Shown here: positions 14,124-26,800 of the stretch, piece by piece
How positions within the stretch are numbered: the first letter of the stretch is position 1
Layout: every line of letters starts with the position of its first letter
From: Marsupella aquatica
Taxonomy: Eukaryota; Plantae; Marchantiophyta
Assembly (NCBI GenBank): GCA_973895155.1
Contig: OZ316898.1
Span: 1,401,927 to 1,465,926, forward strand
Length of the DNA: 64,000 nucleotides
Reading direction: 5' to 3'
The notes under the pieces: generated by a model
The model's input: only the letters and a program-made list of their open reading frames with translations
Told to the model about the DNA's origin: nothing
The model's database searches: none
Translations under genes and position numbers: made by a program

Positions 14124-14576
14124 CCTGTGATTTACTATTTTGACGCTTTTATTGTCGTAAAATAGTACCTTGCCATGTTTTTGATATTATTTACTAGAAT
14201 GTCACCTTTTGTTAGCAATGGTCAAGTCAACAACCTATGATTAACTTATAACCATTCACCTGTAATTTCCAAACAACAAGAGATTAATTTGGAAATCTCT
14301 TCATGGCGTAATTTCCAACAGCAAGAGACGGTGGGCAACGCAACTGGTTACTCCTTCAGTTGGGGCAGAGCAGGTTGGATAAGGATTTTTTTAGGGAAAT
14401 CCCTACCATTGGATGCAGACATGTGGCATGATTTCAGGCGTCAGATGCTTATGAATTAACGACAGGTTGTTAACTTGACCATTGCTAGAAAAAGGTGATA
14501 TTCTAGTAGATGATACAAAAAACATGGCAAGGTAGTAATTTCACACAGAAAAGGTGGCAAAGTAATCAATCTCAGG
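14124..14576. mobile_element. MITE-like fold-back with ~130-bp imperfect terminal inverted repeats
   Basis: TACCTTGCCATGTTTTT...TACTAGAATGTCACCTTTT..TAGCAATGGTCAAGT is mirrored by ACTTGACCATTGCTAG..AAAAGGTGATATTCTAGTA...AAAAACATGGCAAGGTA. ATA flanks both ends. Confidence 0.75.
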
Positions 14577-16192
14577 ATACAAAGATATGTTTGAGATACC
14601 TTATTTATTTCACACCAATAGAAAATCTTGCACCTGGCTTGTTCAGTTCTTTGAGCAAAAATGCCTTATTCCAAGTGTGACTTCAAACCCCAGGTTTGTC
14701 TTTGGATGGCTCTTGGCGCTATCTCAAAGGGCACAGCACCCAGAAATTTGAAGGTGGAGATTATATTCAAAGATGGTTGGGAGGTCTGGGAGTTGGGAGT
14801 CAGTGCACTTGGAAGGAGGCCCTAAGGGCTCTAAAGTGACCACTTGCAAGAGACCCCAAGAATTCATTGAAGTTTGGCTAATTGGATCATGTCTTGTTTT
14901 TTAGTGGCTACTTATATGGAGGACTGGCTAATTTAATTGAGCATGCATAATTGGATGGAAATGCATTGGACAACTTACTGTGAATCAATTCTCAAGTTCA
15001 GCTCCAGCGTGGCGATGGTTTTGCGCCAAACTGTGGCAGGTTTTAATGTGTTATGCTCATAGACACTTTTACAGTTCATATAAAAAATAATTAAATTTTA
15101 AAAAAAATGCTCATGGGCGGTTCCCCTTTTTTTATTTTTAAAAAAAGGCTGTGGATATATGTGTAGGCTCCTGCTGTAGACAAGTGGCAAGACATTATGG
15201 CCAAAGAGAGAGCGAGAAATATCTGAGAAGGTAAGGATGATATGAAGGCCAACAAGCTATGGACTGATGGATGTCCTTGACAAACGGAAAAAAAAGGTCC
15301 TTAACAAACGGAAGAATTGTTCTAAGCATATTTGAATGCTATGATGATTACCCCATTTGGAGGGAGTAGGCCATGATGACGACACACCTCGATCAAGCAT
15401 GAAATGAAAGGAGAGTGAGCGTAAAAATAAATTACCATTTTGAGAATGCAAAGAGATTTTATTTTATAATGTAGAAATGAAATGAGTAACTGTAGCTATT
15501 ACCGTGTATACCCAAACTTGACAGACAATGGTCAAAGGTTTCTTTTCTAAGGGACAAAGAGTTAGCTCCATTATCTAAGTTTTGAAAATTGTAAACATTT
15601 CAATCCTTAAGCTAGGACAGGATTACTCAGTACTTTCTATGGGATCCTTGGAAACATCCATTTGAACCAGGATAAATGAATTGAGTGTAAAATACCTTTC
15701 CTTTCATACAAAGAGAATTTTGTCATTCCCACGGGATATCACAGGTTTGGATGGAAAGCCCATCCGAGCTTACCAGAGGCAAAATTCATTAGCTCCAAAA
15801 TTAATTTATTTTTAACTCCATAATTCTGCTCACTAGTCCTTATTGTGAGGTGTTTTTTCCTTTTTTGTTATGACAATCCCCATGAGTGATGGTGAGATAA
15901 AGGGGGCAGAGGGAAGCAGGGCATTCTGGAGGTGTACGTAGACAAAGGAAAATGAGAAACGGGGATTTACAAAGTGCTCCACTGCCAATGAACCCATAAT
16001 TGTGCTCCAATAGCCCTCCTATAAAGTTAGGGGCCCAGGCAGGGCATAAGCCCATCATCAGCAGGCATTATGTGTGGTCATGTCCAACATTATGTGTGGA
16101 TAGAAGGCCCTGGGAGATGCGGTCGTTGGTGATCTTCATTGGCGGGGCCATATTTTGCAATTACTGTCCATGTAGCTCAGGAAGGAGGCATA

Positions 16193-16442
16193 TGTTGCTC
16201 ACTACCCTGGGTAGTTGTTTTACCTGCTTGCTCTTGCGTTATTTGGGCTTTTACACCTACTTTTGACCTTTTCTTGCAAGCATCCCCCAGTTTCTATCCT
16301 AGTTGCCTTCTCTAGACTGTTGCTCACTACCCTGGGTAGTTGTTTTACCTGCTTGCTCTAGAGTTCTTTAGGCTTTTACACCTACTTTTGACCGTTTCTT
16401 GCAAGCTTTCCCTAGTTCTATCCTAGTTGCCTTCTCTAGACA
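16193..16442. repeat. Tandem duplication, 2 x 125 bp
   Basis: TGTTGCTCACTACCCTGGGTAGTTG...CTTCTCTAGAC at 16193 and 16318. Confidence 0.9.
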
Positions 16443-19400
16443 ATAAGTGTTTTTCTGTTGCTCATGCATTCAGTGTTCTTTAAAGGCCCAAGGCTGTCGG
16501 TTTTGCAGCCTCTAGATAAATTCTTCTTGGTGACCTTCCTGTCCAGGTGTACCAGGCTTTCCATTAGCGGCTTAGTAGGGGATTATTGGGCTTTTAGGCT
16601 CTTTGGACATCCAGGGGGTTTCCTCTTGTTTGCTTCTCTTTATTGGGTCTCTTGCCTTTGGGATCCTGTCTCCCAAAGGCTTTTTGCTCTTGGGCAGTTT
16701 TTGAGGAACCTCAGCACATCACATAGGCCTCAAATATAGCCAACATAAAGCAATTAAAACTTTTCACTATGTGAGTACAGTGTTGTTGACATGAAAAGGC
16801 ACCTACCGTAGCATTCTTCACTAGCAACTCACAATGTCACCTATATCGTGATAGCTAATGTTCACCGTACATGTGTTTTATGCACTGCACAAGCCCTATG
16901 CCCGTGCGTTGCACAGTGCAAGGAGGGCCAGCCCATAGGGAGTTGGGCCAGGGCATTTATGGGGCAGCGGGAAACACATATGTGTCAGGGCTGCACATTT
17001 CTTCCATCAATGGTCAGGGAAAACAGCCAATCTAATCCAATGGTTGTGGATCTTTCCCGCCCATGAGCTTCTTTTGTATTGGGACGAAAGACAAAACAAG
17101 ACGGGATCCCTTATTATAGTTGTAAATGTCTCTGCAAAATCTCTCAAATTTTAAAATATTAGAGATCTATGTGAATTACACAACCTTGGTCCAATCAACC
17201 ATTAGTAAAGGTTATAGTCTTCAACAATTAACCAGGGTTCACTGGCCAAACCAAATAATAACTCTACATTCCAAACTTGTCTGAAAATTTTTGTCATGGG
17301 AAGGTCATCATGGGTTTATCATTAATGAGTGTAAGGTTCAAAGAGACGATCACAGAGACGAGAAGGTAAGAGTACAATCATGTCAACTCAAAGGTCCAAG
17401 CTTAGAAATAATTCTGTGAGGGGACAATTTAGAGGACACAATGGAGTTTTTGAAAATGACAAAAAACAGTGAAAGATGTTTTGAGCCTCTGGTGAACTAC
17501 TTGCCCATGTAGTAGACGTTCAAATTTTAACTTGTTCACTTCAAGATCTTCGATCAATTTTTAAAGATATTCCTGCACCAAATTTGGGCTTAAAATGGCT
17601 CTTGATCTGAACCGAAAGTCTGCTACAAGCCTGGAAAATCAATGCAGAAAAACTGCCAGACTTCCAATAAATACTCCCAAGGGAAAAGCATCCAATACAA
17701 TAATGAAACAATGCCAAGAGGTGAAACAAATATTTCATCTTTCTATATTGAAAACAATACTTTAGACAGGTTTCTCCCCCATTATTGCCATGAAAGAGAA
17801 ATTCATGGGCTCCTTTCATTTGCAATTGTACCCCATTGTTCAGCTCCCCATGGCTGATTAGATCCATCTACATTCTTTGAGAGTCCGTCTATTATGATCA
17901 GAGATGTGTACCATTTCTATGAGCTAAGAGTTGTATTGAGGGAATCATTTGATCACATTAGGTTGAGTTGCTAGTCCAGGATAGTACTCTCAAAAGCACC
18001 AAGCCTTCCTACATTTTGGCCCGCAGGTACATTCTTCAATGAAACCAGTGGAGAATGGAGTCAATTATTGTAATGCATGCTCACATTGACAATGTGGAAC
18101 TTTTGTGCAGCCTAATGGTTGGCATTGTACAGACCCATCTCATGACTACTGCTACCCAAAGAAGCAAGACATGGGAAGTAGCCATCTCAAAAAGTTGGTC
18201 TAAAGGTAGATTCCATACTCTAGAGATGAGCACACCATTGACCTAATTGTAACGCATGTCACAACTCTTTAAAGTGGAGGACCTTTGAGGCAAAATGTCT
18301 GGACCAGGCTCCTTGCAGTGACATCGTCTTAGGTGTTGGTCATGCTTTGCGCGTGGACTGTCATTGCACAGATACTTAGTCCAAATTGTGGCTGTTGAGC
18401 CAAGATTGGTGTGTGTTGTGTATGGAGTTGCGATACAGGCTGTGCCTGGAATAGTCGGCCCTAAAAGTTATGTCATCGGCCGCATCTAGACCTCTGAGCC
18501 TGGGTACTGTATAGTGGGGCATAACTATATGGCTTTGAACTATATAAGACAGTGCAGTTGTCTCGTTCACATAACTTGTGTCTCCTATGAATGCGTAGCC
18601 AAGAGAGCCCCAGAAAGCAAAGCTCCAAGAACTGTTGGGCAGAAGTGGCATCCTGGCTCATAGTTGAAACCCTCCAAAAGGCGAGCAGAAGAACGACAGC
18701 ATCTTGATGCAGTGAAGTGTGGCTAGGGTACATAGTACATAAAGGAGACCAACATCACTAGTCACTTATCAAATGTCAGGGACTTTGGGGACTGCATAGC
18801 AGTTTTAGGTTTGTGAGTGATGGGTCAAGACCCACCAGGTAGATAGTTCATTTAGGAGACCAACGTTACCAATTAAATGTCAAGAACTTTGGGAGTTGCA
18901 TACCAGGTTCAGCTTTGCTAGTGACAGGTAAAACCCCACCGAAGTTGCAGATAGAGAGGTGGGCTTTTGGAGTCGAATCAATCCCAAATCTTAGGTCTAT
19001 ATCGAAGGGAGAAAATACGAGCTTCAGGAATACTAGAAAGTGTTTGGCCTCATGCAAGATCACTCAGATCTTAGGCCGAGATGCCACTCAAACTTCACCG
19101 GAACATATGTAAGTAAATTGTAAAGTATTTAGTGTATCAGTGATCACCTACCGTAGAATTCATGGTGAGATGCCATTGCGAAGAAGAAAGACCGGTATCA
19201 GAACCAGTTTCATCTCTGGGAATGCTATGGAACCAGAGCATGACTGTTCTCTTCGGACCCAAGGGGACAAGGAACACTTGCAATTCGTTTTGACGACTTA
19301 AAAAGTTTTGGCAGCCGATGGGTATTTTCGAATAAGGTGGTGGGATGTAATTCGCAACTCGGTACGAAGAAGGACAGAGTTGCCACACATTCAAACAGCA

Positions 19401-20161
19401 TAGCAGCATCTAAATCAGTGAGAAGGGCAGCTAAATCACAACTCACCAAGGATACTAGACTCGACAATTAGTCCCGTTCAATGCAGCTCGCTAGGCTAAT
19501 CCGGAAAAGCTGCATCGTCCAATGTTTCTACTTTTCTTCAAGCATCCATTGCTTTAACCACAGGTGAACATTTACTCCCAACATTCTCCAGGCACACTCA
19601 ACATTTCATTTCGCAGACTAAGCGATACTGCAGAGGTCCATAAAGCTACACGAACATGAAAACCTAACCCACCGAAGAACATGGCGGGAAAATGAGGATC
19701 TCTACCACGTTCATCGAATCCTCATCTTAGAAGCAATCAGATGTAGCACGGGAGTAATCAGTCTCTACAGAACACAACACATCATAATACAGAAAATTAT
19801 ACTTGATAAATGATCCCATCTCAGGGACTCCTTCCGATCAGCTGTATTTACAAGGAAGGCATGGCCATCCTTTGAGTAGGGCCAACATCCGTTGGAATGA
19901 TCAATTGACTGCTATACAAAAATTCGGGCTCCTGCAATGTGCATTGACCCAAAAATCGCCCTCGGGTAAAGAATATCTAAAATGCTCAATTCCTTCCTAG
20001 AATTGTAGTATCGCTGTCATATCTTCTATCAAGAATTATATACAAATGTACAACAGAACTGGCCGTACTCATCGTCTTCAACTAATTGCTACCCGGTGGG
20101 AAAAGGGGAGGATGAGTAACGTTACAAAATTGAAGGAGCCTCGCTGAATTCTCATTCCTAA

Positions 20162-23100
20162 TTAAGACAAGCTTGCTACACTGGTGTTCGTTTCTTGAGG
20201 CGAAGCAGGACCTCTTTCGGTATCTTGATTACTCCCGCCATCTCTGTACAATCGTTTGAGCTGCTCTCGTTGGAATTCGAGAGCTATCTTACCACAGGGT
20301 TTGTCGTCAGGTAACAAAGAAACTATTTGCGCCTGGGTTAGTTCAGATTTTCTGTAAGACAGGGGTACCATCTCGGTTTCAAGTACAAAAGTCAGCTCCA
20401 CCAGATCCCCCATCCTCAGCTTCTGCTGTAAATTGTCAACAAATTGGTGATTTACTTTTGGTTTCCCGAACTTTTGAGATGATCGTCTGCCAGAAGCAAA
20501 TATTGAATCTCGCTCACATGAACTCTGAATGAGTAATTGCGCAGCTGTAGACCCAGGAGCCAATTCCTGTACAGTCATCTGCGAAAGGAAAAATAGATGA
20601 GTAACAATCCAGACTTGACACGAGCCGCAAATCCATTTTCCCTTCCCACACCTACAGCTACCATTACAAGAAACTCAATGATCGTCTAACATGATCGAGT
20701 CAATGACCTCTACAAGAGAAAGACTCGAATGTCATTGCTATGAGGCCTTCTCAGAGTACACAGACAAGGCTCGGTGCTTACATTGTCGTTCTTGAGCATG
20801 ATGACAAACAACGGATCATCTTCGTTATGTGGCGGTAGTGAGCAGAAATCCGCGTTGGGGCAATCATCGTCGTGATATGGAAAAGGACATGGCGGTTTCA
20901 GATCTGCTCTCATAGGTGTCAGCCGTAACTTGGTGTCCAGAATTTCACTATGCCACGTGAGAACCCATCTTGCCCATTCCACCTTTTGAAGTACAAAAGA
21001 GGAAAGTTTGCTACTGCTGCTCTCTTTATACCTCCAGTGGGCAGCCATGCCATACTCAGCCTGATGATGCATTTCCATTGTTCGAATTTGCACCTCCAAG
21101 GGATGACCGTCCTCGCCCCATATCACGGTATGAAGCGATTGATAGCTGCATAAATCAGGCAACTTAGTTAGATTAAGTTCCATTAAATCCTTTGAAAATG
21201 AACAGATTGAGAAGGTAGCAGACACACATCAACTTCAGGGTATGAAGCAAAACTCACCCATTGGCCTTCGGACTCGCGATATAGTCTTTGAATTTTCTAG
21301 GACTGTGGGACCATAGCCGATGAACCACCTCAAGAGCAGCATAGCAACTCTCCTTATCTTTAACAATCAGTCGCAAGCCCCGAACATCAAAAATTTCATC
21401 AATCTTGCGCCCTTTCCTGGAGAAAACAGCCAGAGTCGAGTTCAGTATTCGACTCGAGTATACAAGAGAGCTTGCTTCGGGATAAACAGGCAACTTGGAA
21501 ACGCACTTTAAGCACCAATCTCCCAGATTTTACTGCCAGTAGAGCCATTGCTAAAAGTTGCTTACCTAACCATCTTCGAGTAGATGCTGTACAAGTTTTT
21601 GGGCCGGCCACAAATGTCACTGAATTCCACACCCTCCTTCCTCAAAGCGGACTCCAGCTCTTGGATGGTGGACATAACAACCCCTTCATGCCAGCCGGCG
21701 TTCATCTTCGAAGTCAACTCTTTATGCTCTTGAGGCTGGAGATGCCTAAAACAGATGTCTTCCATCTCCGCTTTCCAGCTCCATATGCCCAGCTTATTGG
21801 CCAACGGTGCAAGAATTTCCCGAGTCTCCTGCGCTACACCTATCTGCTTCTCAAGAGGAAGAGCCTCCAAAGTCCGCAAATTGTGCAGACGGTCTGCGAG
21901 CTTGATGAGAACTACACGCACGTCCACCATGGCAAGGAACATTGTCCTCAGGCGATCAGCTTCAACTGGATTGTCGGCGGTTTCATTGTCCCGGGCTAAT
22001 TGACTGAAGGTACTGAGCTTCGAGACCTGCAAAATCATTTCGAGCGAAGTGTAAGTCACAACTGCAACCCTTTGCTTCGGCCTGCCTAGATTCCTTCCAG
22101 AAACCATTACTTAATTACTTAAAAAGTCATTAATTCAACGGTGCAGAGATAGAAAACTCACTCCTGACACGAGGTGCTCGATTTCGTCTCCCATCAAGAC
22201 TCGGAGTCGCGCTCGATCCATAGTTGAGTCATCTAATGTATCATGGAGTAACCCGGCTGCGACTACAGTACTGTCTGCTCCAGTGTTTGCAAGAAGTATC
22301 GCGGTCTCTACGCAGTGAGACAAGTATAGACCACCACTCCGTCGGACCTGCATGAAACGATAGTTAGGTCGTCTATTACCGAATTTATCCACTAAAGATT
22401 AACACCAAATTCGGTCATGACAGCGTCTCTCGTAGCGAAGACCGGCCACGAAACATGACACTGAACAACGAACAAATCTACTGCCTACAGAGACGCACCA
22501 AATCTTCTCAGGAGGCTCTCATCTCTGATACATGGAACTTACAATTTACTAACTCTGTCGCGTAAAGCAAAACACCGATACGGTAACAACGATTGATAAC
22601 TAAGAGAAGACCCGTCTCTGGACACTAAATCGAAATATTGCCAGAACTAACACTCTTAAGGAACACAAAACTCTGACGAAGACCACACCATCACCAAACA
22701 CTAAACTGTCTGCACGTGTCTCTGTGAATGAATATAAATCCTCACCATCTACCCTCGAAAGGAACACCAAGCTCAATCATGCAAGCCCGGGAGGGCAGAC
22801 CCATGTGTGTAATCTTCACTCTAAACACTAACGAAACATATTGCGAGGTACAGGGAGCTTACTTGGCCTCTGTGAGCCTCCTCAGCAATGTCGAAAGCCT
22901 TGATGACGAGAGGATGAAAGAACATTTTATGTCGCTCCTGAGCATCTATGAGCAGTTCCTCAGCGGACAGAGGCAAATTAGAGGTCCGTGAGGTCACCGC
23001 CGTTTCTGAAGCCAACCTTGCCAAACGCCTCCTTGTTTCCTGGAGTTCGTGTGATTCCGCACTGATACTGATGTCACTCACAAGCCCCTGAGGAGACTCA

Positions 23101-23810
23101 CGAAGCCCATCCTTCCTCAGAAAGTACTGGCTCAAATTTTCAACGTCGACCTCCGGGGAACTGGAGGTGCTGCATGCTGCCGAGGAGTCTGCGCTCAGCG
23201 ATAGCCGAGACTGGGAACCCACGAGGCTGCCATCGCTCCAGACCTCAAACCCCACGCTGGATGTGAGACACCGTTCATCCGCAGACAATAGATCTCTCTT
23301 TCTCGAGGGACGGTCCAAAGGAGGGAGACCAGATGTGCTCACGGTGCTATCCCAACCGACCGAGGAGTGGACCGAGTTCGAGTGGCTGCTCCGGGAAGCA
23401 ACAGGACCCTGTAGGACAGAGACAGGGCTCCGGCCACTCCTGAGCTTGAGGGAAGAAGCCCCATTGGGAACACTGATGGAGGACCCTCCTCTGTGGCTGT
23501 CAGTATTGCAATCCCAATGGATCAAATTCTCGTTTGGATTGCTGCGGACCATTCCCGAATTGCTGCAGTCCAATACATCACTCGCCACTGAAGAAGCCGA
23601 CCTGTTGCCCTTAAAGAGTCCAGAGAGGCCACCTACAACTGACAGGGGGCCTGCTGAGTTGTGGTGATGATGGTGGTGATGGTGATGGTGGACATGAGCA
23701 GGTCGGAAGTGCGAGTCATTGTCAAAATGTGCACCAGATGAATTTGTAAATGAAGACCAGGCAGCCGCCGGTGGCGAACTGGAGTACAGGACTATGGCAG
23801 CCATCTGCAT
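20162..23810 (-). CDS. RSH2: RelA/SpoT homolog, plant RSH2/RSH3 clade ((p)ppGpp synthetase/hydrolase), 6 exons, 844 aa
   Basis: Exons 23810-22863, 22347-22162, 22026-21566, 21416-21258, 21145-20782, 20578-20162 (2535 nt, in frame, all GT-AG). It has a Ser-rich N-terminus (MAAIVLYSSSPP, SPVSVLQGP), AHRGQVRRSG, AAGLLHDTLDD, EADRLRTMFLAM, GRPKNLYSIYSKM, IFDVRGLR, FKDYIASPKANGYQSLHT, EVQIRT, AAHWRYKE, and the RSH2/3-specific VEWARWVLTWH and KPPCPFPYH motifs. Confidence 0.95.
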
Positions 23811-26800
23811 GCTCTACCCCCCTTTCTCCTTAACAAATGCTATAATCCTCGCCCGTTTCTTGAGGTTCAAAGTTTTCCTTTTTTCCTTCCAGAAAGCTGA
23901 CGCTAAAGAATTTTTCAATTATTTACAAGGAATCCTGTTCCAATCTCCGTTTCCCCTCGAGCCCAGCAATCAGCCGTATGCGGTAATACTCTTGCACGTT
24001 TCCTTTCCCAGAGATCAATTCCCGAGTCCGATTACAAGTGATCAAAAACGGCAGTTGTAATCACAAAACTTATATATCCCCTCTAGACTAATGTCGATGG
24101 CGTTGATAACACGGGACGTCGTTTGTATCCTGCGTGAGTAACGAAAACCTGGTCACGCTGTAATTCAATCCAATCGTCCTCCATACTCAATCTTTCCTCC
24201 ACAGCGTCACACCAAGAAACGTGAATCAGAGCGTCATAATGCCACACAAGCGACCGATCGACGGCATGCAAGAAAAGCTTCTACTGTGCAACAATTCCCC
24301 GCCTCCAGCACCAGCTTCCTGCCTCCCTTCCCTCCCCTCTCCAAGCTCCGCACCGTATCACGAGAAGAGAAGACTCCACCACAACCCCAATTGGAGTCAC
24401 CGTCTGAAACACAATTATATCCAGATTCCTGGTACGGGCTTCAGAACTAAAAGGTCACCACTCGGTTGCGTCAGCAACAGGTACAACAATACAAACAACT
24501 GATCGGAAACTCTGGCCTCCTCCACCAAAGCTCGAGAAAATGACAAGCCACGCCCCAAATTTGACACAGGACTCTGCCTGATCTAGGACTAGAACAACCG
24601 GAGCGAGCGAGCGAGCACAAGGGAGAGAAGTAGTGCTGCGACTAAAGCACCAGCAAGAAGTCCGGCTCCGTGGTCCGAGATCAGAACTTATGGGCCACCC
24701 AACAACACGCACGAGCGAGGGAAGTGAGATGGGGGCGCGAGGGAGACAGAGGTCGAGCTTCACGCCACTTGGAGCCGACTCGATTTCGCGTGTGTCCACG
24801 ACAAGCGAAGCGTCTCCTCCCGAGCTCGAGCTCGAGCATGCGCGTCGTGTAAGTACGCGACGCAGTAATGACGGAATTGCGCGCGAGGGAGGGCAGAAGG
24901 TCTGGGGCCTCGGGGGGCCAGGAAGAGGGGCTGTGGCAGCGCCATGGCGGGGCCGGGGCCGGGCTTGGCGTCTCTCTGCCGCAGACGGGACACCGTCCTG
25001 GAGGCACGTGTACGGGTACCGAAAGAGGTGTACGGGTATCGTAAGAGGGGTACGGCACGGGAGAAGACTGACGGAACTGCAGCTTTGCCGTGCCGTGATA
25101 CCGTCCCGGGATGCCGTGCCGAGAAGGGGAGAGTTGAGGAAGACGCGGAGGAGAAGCAGTGCACGGAACGGCATTGCAACAACTCGCACGGCATGAGAAC
25201 TACAGTGGTGGTACTACAGTAGTAGTAGTACAGAGGGTGGAGGACAGGAGGAAAAGGAAACAGAAAAGATCGAGCGCAGGGATATTGGCAGGAGGTTAAA
25301 AATTACATATCCGCAACACTTTTTGATGTAAAGTTTAGATATTCTTGTGTAATTACCTTAGCTTACAAGGGTAGCACAATTATCTGGAAGATTGATGGGG
25401 TTTGAGAGAAAACAGATTGAATCCTTACAGAACATCTGCCACCATATATAGAAATTTAACTATGCAAAAGCCTTGGCCTTATGCAGTGTCATCATCAAGC
25501 ACTATATATATGAGGATGATGAACACAGGTCAAGAGAAGAGGTGTTCTGGCTTATTGTAATCTATTGAGTGTGCCACGTGATCCTGAAACAGAACACCCT
25601 ATTTGACTGGTGTTAACACACCTACATCATTGAGAAAAGTGTCAAATTACTATTTCAAAAGTATTTACTTTTCTGTCATGGTGACAATTCCAATGTCTTA
25701 TTTTCCTGGAACACCCTACAACCCAGTACCGACTCAATTCTTTTTCCACTCAACCCACTCAAAAGTCGAGTTCATTTATAGCTGGACACACTCGAAAATA
25801 ACATTGGAGGACACTAATTAGATCCTATCATCCTAGTCACATTACACTAGTAGTGGCGAGTGATGTATAGACAAGTTTCATTTTTCAAAGACAAGAACTA
25901 AACACGGTGCAGACACATGGAGACTTAGTTATGCAGCACCTCACGATGACAACCCGTCTGAACACGTGTCAGTACGCCGAATGCTGTAAAGCTCAATAAA
26001 CTTTATAAGAGGCCTTTAGTCCTTTACGGCCCCTTATAATAAAGCGCTCATCTGTGACTGTACCGCCGTCAATCTCTATCGGCGTGGTCAGCTCGCACGA
26101 GAATCGACTCCTAAACACTGATAAATCAAAACTCCGGGGTGGGATCAATTGGTGATATATATCGGCTGTGCCGTTACCGGCACACTAGATGACAAAATCC
26201 AGACGAGTCGGTCAAAAACTAATTAGAAACTCTGATTAATCATCGATGACAATCACGTGAGTCACAGTAAACACAGATATATCGTAGATGTGTAAATGTT
26301 TTGTAAAACGGTTCAGAAAACTACAAGTTTTCTTGTTGCATAATAGAATTCTTATTTACAAGTTACATAATGTGCATTTAGGGTGGTTTAGGTTTCACTT
26401 CATTCTTATTATTTTCTTCGAGGTTAGATTTGGACTCCGTCGTGGATGTGAAGTGCAATTGGCTTTACAAGAACCCAAGGCTCATTCATTCATTGGGATA
26501 TGGTGTTTACCTGTCCTACATGGAAAACAATGAATTTGAGTAAATTTTGATGTGGAATGTTAATTTTGTTTAAAATTTTAGATCACCTCCCCAGTTTCCA
26601 GCACATTTCCAAACATTGGCTCCTTTATGTAAGGGATTTCTATTTATTTGAAGAAGTGGCTCTCCAGTTTGATTCGTGATAGAAAGTCACAAGTGCCCCA
26701 CGGGACTTGTGAATCCACCCTCCAAAAAACTGTGTACTTGTCACTAGTCGTTGGGATGCACTGAATATAGGATCAGGCAAAACTCAGGGTTTCTCCCACC

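Noticed and set aside
17150-18800. Possible decayed LINE reverse-transcriptase remnant (e.g. GISLKID on the minus strand)
   Set aside because: Only fragmentary motif resemblance, with no intact QG/FADD motifs. It needs a translated HMM search.
24455-25222. Several overlapping 90-244 aa ORFs on both strands
   Set aside because: GC-rich promoter or leader region; no recognisable domain, and open frames are expected from the composition.
26167-26189. GC hairpin GTGCCG-TTAC-CGGCAC followed by CTAG (Helitron-like 3' end)
   Set aside because: The spacer to CTAG is only 1 nt rather than ~10, and no 5' TC end or Rep/helicase remnant was found.
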